64,000 nucleotides of DNA from Tubulanus polymorphus (taxonomy: Eukaryota; Animalia; Nemertea). The stretch is from assembly GCF_964204645.1 (NCBI RefSeq), contig NC_134035.1, positions 2,666,001-2,730,000 of the forward strand, read 5' to 3'. Position 1 is the first letter of the stretch. Each line of letters opens with the position of its first letter. The notes under the pieces are model-generated. The model saw only the letters and a list, made by a program, of their open reading frames with translations. It made no database searches and had not been told where the DNA came from. A program made the translations under genes and the position numbers. This document shows positions 12,801-22,181 of this stretch, in pieces.

Positions 12801-14334
12801 CTCTTATGAGAATGAAGAATGAGAGTCTAAAGACTTTATCCCAATTCAGTAGACATTGCCTAATCGGACAAGGCCAATTAAGATATTCAAGACGATAACT
12901 TTTAGAAAATTTTTCAACTTCCTTATGCATTTTTTGTCTATATTTGTTTCGTTTTTATCGCAGAACAAAATCAAAGTGGCGGCGTTTAAAGTGATGTCGA
13001 ACATTAATCAACTGATCAAAGATTTGTTGCACGTTCCTCCGTCGTATAAATGTGTCATCTCGTTATCGTGGAAACCAGTAACAGTAAGTAGAGTTTCTCT
13101 AATGATTATGTAAGGGTAGTCCTTATAAGGTTGAGGGGTATTTTTAGTGAGAAAGTTTTTATTTCCATCAGAAAGTGAGATTTTTAAAACATTGAAAATA
13201 CACCATTTTGTCGAAAACTCCCTGGAAGAGCTTTCAATCCAAATCCATGGATTATCGTCAAAAACTTATTCAATATTAAATCGAAGAATTGAATTCTCTT
13301 TCACCAGAGACCGTTGTTGTCCGAAGTGAGTGACTTAAATTTCTTTGCTTTTGAACTTTGACGTTGGTAAATTCTAGCGGATTTTCGTATACGGTTTATA
13401 CAATAAACCCCAGCTCGTTCAATTGTAATACTTCTCCCGAACTCCATTACTCGGTTCACTTCATATAATGTTTTATTTCATTTTTCAGAAAGCGGTCAGT
13501 GCTCCGGCGTCGGCAACTGCAGGGTAAGTACCTCCGTCATTGAGCTTTTATTGTTGCGTGAAATCACAGTTTTGCGGATGAGATGTCATAGGGTTCCCGT
13601 GGTCGATGTGAAAATTATTCTTTTTATGAACAGAACGAAAAGGCTGAGCGGAGGAGCCGGGGACAGCGACGCGACTAAGAACAAAATGTCGAAACAACAA
13701 GACCGCCAGTTATACGCACCGCCCGGCGGGAAGTACAGCGAAAAAGCCGGAAATTACAGAGAAGGTTCGTTTCCATTTTAGAATAATCAACCGCTAACTT
13801 AGGGTGCCTACAACTCTCCTTGATTCCTTAAAAACTCTTTAAAAAAACAGAAAATGCTTTTAAATGTGCTTGAAATTCTTTTGGTTTGAACAAAATCCTC
13901 AAAACTTTAAAGCTGCTTCAATTTTGAGAAATGGGCAATTAGAAATTTGACCACGCCTAAACCGGTACAGTTGGGACCTTGAGTTTATTAGGCAGTAACC
14001 GAATAAGAAACTGAATTTAGATAGTGTATAGGATGAAAATTTGCTTCCAAAACCTTTGAATTACTGGTTTACTGAGATAAACAGTACCGATTTAGGAGGA
14101 GTCTACAGTAATTGGGACATAAAAGTGATGCAGACGCTTCCTTGAAATATGAAGTTTTCTCCCTCTAAACTCATTATACCCAGGAACGACCGATCTGTAG
14201 AGACCCTGTTGAATGTGTTGATTATAAGCAAATCTGTGTTATATTATTCAGGTGGAAGAGGAGGTCGTGGATTCCGTGGACGAGGTCGCGGTGGTTACAG
14301 AGGTCGCGGTTCATTCAGGAGCGATTATTATTGA
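6820..14334 (+). CDS. API5: Apoptosis inhibitor 5 (API5/AAC-11), 13 coding exons, 531 aa
   Basis: Exons 6820-6888, 7579-7740, 8297-8462, 9062-9213, 9912-10052, 10450-10515, 10808-10999, 11603-11787, 12160-12253, 12964-13083, 13489-13523, 13634-13764, 14252-14334; all GT-AG and phase-consistent (1596 nt). Recognisable API5 peptides: FKHFPKLAEQAINAHIDLCED, RDRAIKFL, KEVEELILTESKK, YMPLPP, QFSQVECLMYAFHQIGRK, DLLHVPPSYK, LSWKP, YAPPGGKYS and a C-terminal RGG tail. Confidence 0.97.
8745..9010. repeat. Two tandem degenerate ~139-bp units in API5 intron 3, probably within a decayed DNA transposon
   Basis: gctagatcgcg...gtctatgt...tatttgactgtgttaat...gcatttcga occurs at ~8759 and again at ~8898. 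Confidence 0.7.
9217..9451. repeat. Near-identical ~100-bp direct duplication at the start of API5 intron 4
   Basis: agacgagtgttcgtatgagtacgtcgagga...ttttaacctcttgac at 9217-9315 and 9350-9448. Confidence 0.85.
11904..12013. mobile_element. 110-bp palindromic MITE, family A
   Basis: Termini GGACCC(A/G)GTTCCACAGTT...AACTGTGGAACTGGGT(G/C)C with internal GAGTTAACTC palindromes; other copies at 14522-14626, 15048-15140 and 29282-29391. Confidence 0.8.
12357..12777. mobile_element. Non-autonomous DNA transposon with CAGGG termini and 5-bp TSD (hAT5-like)
   Basis: TIR CAGGGTCCCTAC...GTAGGAACCTTG; TSD TGTAA at 12352-12356 and 12778-12782; internal (t)ccttgaa repeats. Confidence 0.8.
13800..14208. 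mobile_element. Degenerate relative of the CAGGG-terminal element
   Basis: tagggtgcctacaac...gtagagaccctg; the right part (14061-14208) also matches 7795-7923; no clear TSD. Confidence 0.5.
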
Positions 14335-14521
14335 GGGAAAGCGAGTAGTTTTCTTCGCTTGGAAAAAATATACGGAAACTTGAGAAAGCGAATAAGATTG
14401 ACATTTGCATTTTACGTGTACATAAAGCGAACATATTTGTAGTAATTTCTATTCGGCAAAGTTTTTCTGTTCGATAGCTTAGTGTAATGTGCAGCTTCCA
14501 TCAAGGTGCAGTTATCAATCT

Positions 14522-14626
14522 GGCTTCAGTTCCACAGTTGTGAGTTAACTCTGAAGTGAAACTAGTTCATTTTCGCTTAGTTAACTCTTGAGTCAAATCT
14601 TAACTCAGAACTGTGGAACTGTGTCC
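14522..14626. mobile_element. Palindromic MITE family A copy in the API5 3' UTR
   Basis: cagttccacagttgtgagttaactc...ctcagaactgtggaactgtgtcc. Confidence 0.75.
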
Positions 14627-14950
14627 TGCAGGCTATACGCTGCTGCACCCCGGCCTCAGATAATCTGCAGTCTGTACCCTGCTGCACCCCAGCCTCATAA
14701 TTTGCAGCCTGTTTTCGAATAGTCTTGAGGGAGTTGGTACAGAGTTAGTCTGAGAGGGCACAGGGTACAGGCAGCAGATTGTTTGAGAGGGTGCAAGTAG
14801 ATGGCAGATTGTGCATAGGGTGTTTTAGACAGCAGATTGTATGAGGGGTGGTTTAGACAGCAGATTGTCTGAGGGGTGGTTTAGACAGCAGATTGTCTGA
14901 GGGGTGTTTTAGACGGCTGATTGTCTGAAGGCAAGCTACTGACTGCAGAT
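14627..14950. repeat. Degenerate ~28-bp minisatellite with an inverted arm (fold-back) in the API5 3' UTR
   Basis: gcagattgtctgaggggtggtttagaca repeats at ~14770-14930; complementary cctcagataatctgc / cctcataatttgc units at ~14640-14710. Confidence 0.65.
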
Positions 14951-15047
14951 TTTTGCCTACATTGATTAACTCCAACTCAAGTTAAAACTATCAGACCTCA
15001 GTCTCTACTGTAATTGGCTGTAGTTTGGTTTATACATCGATATTCAG

Positions 15048-15140
15048 GAGTCCAGTTCCACAGTTGCGAGTTAAGATTTAACTCCGAGTTAACCCATTGA
15101 AAATGAACTAACTTTAACTCACAACTGTGGAACTGGGTCC
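15048..15140. mobile_element. Palindromic MITE family A copy, opposite orientation, in the API5 3' UTR
   Basis: ccagttccacagttgcgagttaag...ttgaaaatgaactaac...aactgtggaactgggtcc; the internal spacer is the reverse complement of that in the other copies. Confidence 0.75.
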
Positions 15141-15531
15141 AGTTTGATGTGTGTTTGCCCAATTTCAACGTATAATCTGTGCATGTTGCATTTCACTCGT
15201 CTAAATTTCTTTTCTTCCATTCTCCATTTCGCTCATTTTCTTTGACAATTCACTTTAAACTCCCCCCGATAGATAGCTCGAATAAAAAGTCGTCGTAATC
15301 TTCCCCTGGCGATATTTTCTCCTTGTCGGGAGAAATCTAGCTTTACTTTTATTTTAAAATGTTTGTCTCCTACATGTGGCTCGAGTTTATTTATTTTTCG
15401 TATTGTACGCAGTATCAAATGCGAACATAATGTTGATGATACAAATAACAATGCAAATCGATGTATTGAGTTTCATAAAGTTTGATGTTATCTTGATTTC
15501 GGAAATGAAACTGCATTGTGTAAATTTGTAA

Positions 15532-15541
15532 AATAAATAAA
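15532..15541 (+). terminator. API5 polyadenylation signal (overlapping AATAAA x2)
   Basis: aataaataaa followed by a tgtttttt downstream element. Confidence 0.55.
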
Positions 15542-15584
15542 TGTTTTTTAATCAACGAACCGCGTTCTGTTATAAGAATCTTGG

Positions 15585-16100
15585 TTTTTGGCACAGCGCC
15601 GTCAGTTCCAGCTCATCTCCAGGTGACTTTAGTACAGCCTCTTCTCTACCCTTGGGCCAGTGCTATGTAGGGCAGCCTTTAGTATGTTGCCAGGCTCCAT
15701 TCGGATGACATGTCCAGGCCATCTCAGTCCGTGCCGTCTGATTTCGTCGGCCAGGTTCTCTGTGTCCTATCGTGGAGGTGGTATTCATTCGAGATTTTCG
15801 TTGGCCAAAACAACGTGCAGATGCGCCGCAGGCCTCACAGTGGAAGGAGTCAGACGATCTGTTCATTTCATCCTTGGTTGTCCACGCTTCAGAGCCATGC
15901 GATCCGACTTTACATTACTGCTGTGCGGGCTTGTTCTTCAGTGAAAGGGTGTTTAATGTCCAAACTGACCTAAACTTTTAGAAAGACAGCCCTGGTTATG
16001 TTGATCCTGACCTGGATATCTCATTGTTCCGCCATGAGATGTGACCATGCGAACTGCTTAGTTCTAAGGATCGCTCAAGAGAGGCGACTCATTGAGTTCA
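15585..16100 (-). mobile_element. Decayed RTE-clade non-LTR retrotransposon (3' end of the RT ORF)
   Basis: Frameshifted minus-strand translation gives DIQVRINI..F..FRSVW, HGSEAW, GLRRICTLFWPTKISNE and EIRRHGLRWPGHVIRM, typical of the RTE RT C-terminus. Confidence 0.8.
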
Positions 16101-16367
16101 GGTAAGTTTGAATATGTTCCTCCGAATATGGTATGAATTACATTTTACATCATGTATTTTTGCATGCAAGCTTTGATGATTGAAATTCAATAGGTTTCTA
16201 AGATTCTTCCGATGCAAATACGATGCATCTATTTTGAAATTCAGAATTTATTTCAAGGGTGTCGCCAGAAGTTTTGAAAAGGCTTTCGAATGTATTGTTT
16301 GTTGAATTCGAAATTAAGCCGTATAATTTGATTTAAGTCTCGAATGAATATCGAAGTCAATGGTAGG

Positions 16368-17321
16368 TTAATAATCATTTGAATTTTTGCAGCGGATTTT
16401 CATACAGAAATATTCCCGAATTTCTCGTCCCAGTAAAAGATATATGTAGAAATTCACCACATAGTTACATAATTGGAACTGAGTGAAAATATCAAATAGG
16501 AAATCTCTTCGTTCTGTGGAGATGGGCAGGTATGCGGTAACAGTGGTTGGAAGTGTAAATATTGCAAATGCGAGTGAAACTGTTACAAGCATCATTGTTG
16601 TACGTTTTGATTTTGTGGTTTTTTGATCGGTAGAAACCATTTTCGAACCGCTGAATAATTGAAATATTATTACAGAATTTGATATAACTATTAACGTTAA
16701 AGGTATGGCGTAAGTAAAGATGACGAATGCGATAAAATATGTTTTTTGGTCTGATAATTCATAGTAACATCCGACAGACTGATCGGAAAAATCTATCGCG
16801 GAAGCGGGTGAAAGATATAGAATCAGTAGATTCACCCCGGTTATTATCAATAAAGTGAATCTAGCGAATCTCGGTGTACATATAAAACGAGATGTGAACG
16901 GGAAGAGCACAACTGCCGCACGTTCTAGAGATATAGCCACGATTAACCAGGAGCTATTATAGGCTGCAAGTGTTGTTACGAATTCATACATTTGACAACT
17001 GATCAGTGAATTCATCACAAATATTGGACCGGTTTCTACGTGCAACAGAACAAACTGTAAAACAGGCATCAAAGATAGATTGATGCATGACATAAAATCA
17101 CTGACTGATAAAACGATCAGAAAGTTAGCGTAAGATAAATTCCTGAATCTGCGACTTATCATTATCAGGAAAGTAACCGAATTTCCGAACGCCCCCATCA
17201 GAAACAATGTAGACAGAATGATCAATGTCAGCGTAAGGTAGCTTCCGGACCTGTTTGCCGTAGACATGATGACGATATAACTACTATAAGCTCGACCAAT
17301 TTGCATCTGAGATAGATTCAT
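16368..17321 (-). CDS. Intronless class A (rhodopsin-like) GPCR, orphan, peptide/chemoreceptor-like, 317 aa
   Basis: 7 hydrophobic segments; TM1 GN, TM2 LSVSD, TM3 Cys and SLERA, ECL2 Cys, TM5 YAIP, TM6 FAIFTLP, TM7 NYVVNFYIY, helix 8 REIREYFC. Confidence 0.92.
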   Translation of the reverse strand: MNLSQMQIGRAYSSYIVIMSTANRSGSYLTLTLIILSTLFLMGAFGNSVTFLIMISRRFRNLSYANFLIVLSVSDFMSCINLSLMPVLQFVLLHVETGPIFVMNSLISCQMYEFVTTLAAYNSSWLIVAISLERAAVVLFPFTSRFICTPRFARFTLLIITGVNLLILYLSPASAIDFSDQSVGCYYELSDQKTYFIAFVIFTYAIPLTLIVISNSVIIFQLFSGSKMVSTDQKTTKSKRTTMMLVTVSLAFAIFTLPTTVTAYLPISTERRDFLFDIFTQFQLCNYVVNFYIYLLLGREIREYFCMKIRCKNSNDY

Positions 17322-17869
17322 AATTCACGGTCGTATCTTTATTTCACTGTCATATCTTCATTCTTGTATACAAACCAGTCAGCCTTTGTTAAGGCTTACG
17401 CGATCATTGACGTTTACAAGTAATGACTAATGCGTCATACGGCAAATTCCCATTTTCAACTATTTAATTCGAAATCGCGATATTTCCTTGCGGCTGATAT
17501 AGAGAAACCCGCAAACACCCTAATCAGTGTAATATTCATCTCTCATCGACATAAGATTATGTGAGTGTGGTGTAAGTTTTGGAAAGTTAATAAAATGTGA
17601 TATAAATCTAGTTATTTATACAGTCTCATCATATGAAAGCTAATACTCATGTTGACATTCATTCATTATTAACGCGATTGATTCATTGCCAAGCGTTGAT
17701 TGTTAACAGCGAATAACAATCAGCTCACGAATCAGATTTGTGAAAGTTAATTCCAAGGAAGAACCAAGGTCTGGTAATGTGACTGAATTGAATAGAATTT
17801 TCGAATTTTGTGAGCTCATGCGGAACCACCATGCATGATTGAGCACGAAACGGCCAGCAACTCTCAAGG

Positions 17870-19465
17870 TTTGTTGTATCCTAAAAGTAATCACCCAATC
17901 AGAATAGATACTCCCGAAGTTATGTATACAAAAATTACCGATTGATATATTTCATAACCTTTGCGATTTGGCGATGGCGTTGTTACTGTCAATATTTCAC
18001 CGAGTTGATGAGAACTCGAGAGCGGCTTTCCACCGAGTAAGGAGCAGTCCGTTGTAATAGTAACAAAGATTTCACGTATTTTGACTAGGAATTAAACTTT
18101 CGTACAATCTACACTCCGTGTAGAGAAACATGAAGGAATTGATTCTCCTAAATCTCGAAAGTATATCTTAAATAGAAATATCGAATCGCTGAAAATCTTT
18201 GCAATTTCAAAGTGCTTTTATTTCGGACGTCAAATCAAGATGAATGTATACATTATTGCGACAGTTTCAGAAACAACCTCTGCGTTACTGAAATTTGTAA
18301 ATATTCATCTCGCGTATTATTTCTTCCTCTTCTCCCTCAGACCCGACAATCTCTGATCTTGCAGATTTTGCAGCAAATGAGCGTTGAGATCTAAAAAATT
18401 GAAATCGCGTTGAAGTTATGAAAAAACAAACATGATTCTTGAGTCGTTGAGAAGAAGATGGTTTAGATGGTTACTGACCGTTTGAATTTCCAACGCTGAT
18501 GGATCGACCTTTTCGATTCCCTCTGGTCTTAGCGTCAACACAACAGTTATTCGCGACAAGCATTAGAACCAGCGACAGAACCAAAACGCGTGAAAATCTT
18601 AAAGAGAAATTGCGTCATTACAGTTGGAGAACCTCGTTGTAATGACCCCAGAACTTTAAACGAAACAGGGCTTGTAAATACGAAATAAATATTCCCGGCC
18701 AAATCTTTCTCATTTACAGTTGAAAATCCTCGTAAACAGCGTTAGAGGACTTTTACATCAACATCTATACCCGAGAAGAAACTACAAGACTTTCGGACTA
18801 TCTACACGTAGAAAACGACCAAAAATATGAAAATGGGCAAAATGATCTTCAATTTTGTTATAGCTATTTCCAAAATCTCGATGTATTAAATTAGGCAGCC
18901 GATCACACAACTATATCTGTACTTAAAGATTTCTGATTTCAAAATCAAACCCTCTGTTTGGCTCCGGAGGGCGTCAAATGTTTGTAAGGAACACCAAATC
19001 AAAACAAAAATCGAACAGAATCTACCTTTCAAATAAATAAAATGGTAAATCCATATTTTAAGATCAATAATTAAGTTAATAACAACTAATAAAGTTGAGT
19101 GATAATCGAAAAATTTACATTCTACGTACCTGGAGAACAACATTGCGATGCCTGACGGAGTACAGTTAGAAATGAATTTTTCGATCCAATTTTGGTTTTA
19201 TATTCTAGCCTGACGATAAGTGCTTTGCATCGATTTTTTTTTAATGGAAGCAGCAAGCTGACTGAATTGAAAATAGCTTCATTTCTCCAGAATCTGGTCA
19301 ATTATTCCAGAGTCTCTATTTATTTTAGGCCGCAGATGAATGAACGATACACTTCATGAATTCTATGTGTAGTTCATGTAGTTCATGAATAATATGAACT
19401 TTTCAAATTTCTCAACACAAAAAAAAATTATATTTTCTCAGATAAACGTCCGCTGTCTTGGCCCT
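17870..19465 (+). repeat. Left arm of a diverged inverted duplication (partner 31942-33480)
   Basis: ORF-track peptides VLFLPLLPQTRQSLI (18212, +) and VLFLPLLQQTRQSLI (32894, -); further inverted matches ~19120-19465 vs ~31942-32330. Confidence 0.8.
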
Positions 19466-19850
19466 TTAATCAATCAACCGCATTCTGTTTGTCCGTTGGT
19501 CTGGATCCGTAAGAACCCTGGTTTTGGAACACTGGCAATCCTTCTCAAAATAGTCGAGGTTTATCAAGAGCCGTATAAGTAAGTTTGGAATTTGCTTCTC
19601 GAATATGAAGTGCAGTGAACCTCGTCTACAACTCGGACAAACATGGACCAGCAAAATTGGTCTGAGTACATGGTATATTTTTGCATGGAACCCTTGATGA
19701 TTGAAATTCAATTGGTTTCTTTCGATGCAAATACGATGCATCTATTTGAGTTCAGAATACGTATTAAGGGCCTCACCAGAAGTTTTGAAAGGGCTCTTGA
19801 ATGTGTTTTTGTTGAATTCGAAATGAGTCGAATGCTATGAGTGATTTGGT

Positions 19851-19920
19851 TTATTTATTTGAACTTCTACGGCATATTTTTGTACAGAAATATTCACAAA
19901 TTTCTCGTCCCACCAAAGGG
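19851..19920 (-). pseudogene. Truncated third copy of the GPCR pair (last ~20 codons plus 3' flank only)
   Basis: acagaaatattcacaaatttctcgtccca matches the helix-8 coding end of both GPCRs; 19578-19830 matches the 3' flank at 16102-16320. Confidence 0.7.
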
Positions 19921-20301
19921 TGATTCATTTCTTGGTTATTCCATTATAATGGAATTAGCAAGAAATGAGTTGAGATTTTCGTAAAAGATCAGAGTTTTTA
20001 GAACTTTGAAAAATAATTAGCTATCTCAAAATGTAATCTATACTGGTTGTCTCCGAAAATCCGCTAGATTTCTGTAACTATCCTGATTTGAATAAACGCA
20101 CAGTAAATAAAAATATCTGATTTCCGCTATATCGTAAGAAAGACGCTGGGTAAGAAGTCTGCGAGGTTTAATCGGGATCTTTTTCAAGGGCATCTCACCA
20201 GACTTTTTGGAAAGAGCTCTTGAATAAGTTTCTTGTTGTTGAATTCGAAATGGAGATATGAACGTATGATTTGAGCGCCGAGTTGATCCAAAAAATAACG
20301 G

Positions 20302-21252
20302 TTATTTGTTTGAATTTTTGCAGCGGATTTTCATACAGAAATATTCACGAATTTCTCGTCCCAGTAAAAGATATATGTAGAAATTTACCACATAGTTACA
20401 CGAATGGAACTGAGTGAAAATATCAAATAGAAAATCTTTCCGTTCCGTAGAGATTGGCAGATACACAGTAACAGTGGTTGGAAGTGTAAACATTGCGAAT
20501 GCGAGTGAAACTGTTACAAGCATTATTGTTGTACGTTTTGATTTTGTAGTTTTCTGATCGGACGAAACCATTTGTGAACCTCTGAATAATTGAAATATTA
20601 TAACAGAATTCGATGTAATAATTAAGGTTAACGGTACGATGTAGGTATGGATGGCAGCAATGAAAAAATACGTTAATTGGTCTGATAATTCATAGCAACA
20701 CCCGAAAGACTGGTTTGAAAAATGTATCGATAAGGTTGGTAAAAGATACAGAATCAGTGCATTAACTCCGGTTATTATGAATACTGCAAATCTAGCGAAT
20801 CTCGGTGTACATATCAAACGAGATGTGAACGGGAAGAGAACAACTGCCGCACGTTCTAGCGATATAGCTACTATCAACCACGAACTATTCAAGGAAGCAA
20901 GTGTTATTATGAATTCGTAGATTTGACAACCGATCAGTGATTTCATCACAAATATTGGGGCAGTTGCTACGCGCAAGAGAACAAACTGTAAAACTGGCAT
21001 AACAGATAGACCGACGCAGTACATAAAATCACTCAGAGATAAAACGATAAGATAGTTAGCGTACGATAGATTCCTGAATCTGCGACTTATCATTATCAGG
21101 AAAGTAGCCGAATTCCCGACGGTTCCAAACAGGAACAATATAGGCAGAATGATCAGTGACAGCGTGAGGTACCTTCCAGACCTGTTCGCTACAGACATGA
21201 TGACAATGTAACTGTTATAAGTTCGACCAATTTGCATCTGCGATGAATTCAT
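20302..21252 (-). CDS. Intronless class A GPCR, paralog of 16368-17321, 316 aa
   Basis: Same motif set (GN, LSLSD, C..SLERA, FAMFTLP, NYVVNFYIY); clearly similar along the full length. Confidence 0.92.
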   Translation of the reverse strand: MNSSQMQIGRTYNSYIVIMSVANRSGRYLTLSLIILPILFLFGTVGNSATFLIMISRRFRNLSYANYLIVLSLSDFMYCVGLSVMPVLQFVLLRVATAPIFVMKSLIGCQIYEFIITLASLNSSWLIVAISLERAAVVLFPFTSRLICTPRFARFAVFIITGVNALILYLLPTLSIHFSNQSFGCCYELSDQLTYFFIAAIHTYIVPLTLIITSNSVIIFQLFRGSQMVSSDQKTTKSKRTTIMLVTVSLAFAMFTLPTTVTVYLPISTERKDFLFDIFTQFHSCNYVVNFYIYLLLGREIREYFCMKIRCKNSNK

Positions 21253-22181
21253 TATTCACGGGATAAAGAACTCAGTCGCTTGTTGTAAAATGAATTGAAA
21301 ATCCATAAAGATAATCTATATAGTCTTTGTTAACTTTTCATTTGTCATAAATGCGATGAAATCATCGCTTTGTCCACAATTGTGCTCGAATAAAACATCA
21401 ATATAACACAATTCACTAGCCTGCCCTTTTTCTAAAAGTTTATTATGTGTGAATAAAATGAAACGAAATTGAATGGAATTTTTCTGCACGGAATAGATTT
21501 CTGAGCGTAGATAATAAGATCTCTATACACAGGTTTTTTATCTGCAGCCTGTGTTGATGGCCTGAACTATTGAAATTCCATGCAACTGCAATTTATTTGA
21601 ACACTACCTGTACCGGTATTATGTGAATGTGACAATGTTGATAAAAATAAGAAATAAAACCTTGCGTAAGTCGGATCTTTTACGACCTAAGAAAAATCCT
21701 CCGACTTCGATCAGTCGGATTTCCAGCCTTTTTTCCGAGAACCACGACCCAAGAATTAATTTCGGTAAACACCGAAATTGAATCAACATCTACAGAAATG
21801 ATTGAGGAACACTGACATATTTCGCCAGGTTTATTGTTCACATGATGAAGTAACGACTGTTGACACATGGGTTTCAAGTCTGGAACAGGGAAGAAATCAA
21901 AAGTGCAATGGGACGAAAATATCCGACTTTGGCCGAACCAACTTACGCGAGGAGGTTTAGTGTAGGCCTAGTACTGGAATCATTACTTTATTATTTATTA
22001 TTTACTTATTATTTAGTTGGCCCGAAACCGATGACCGATGAATTGAATTGAATTGAATTGATGACCGAGAATTAGCGATAACCGCTGCCGTGTGGAGGTT
22101 GTGGAAGTTCAAAACAAAAGCAGTTTTCTAGTCTTAAAAAACTGATTTATTCAAGAGAACGGTCTCAATTTGAGCTTAATC

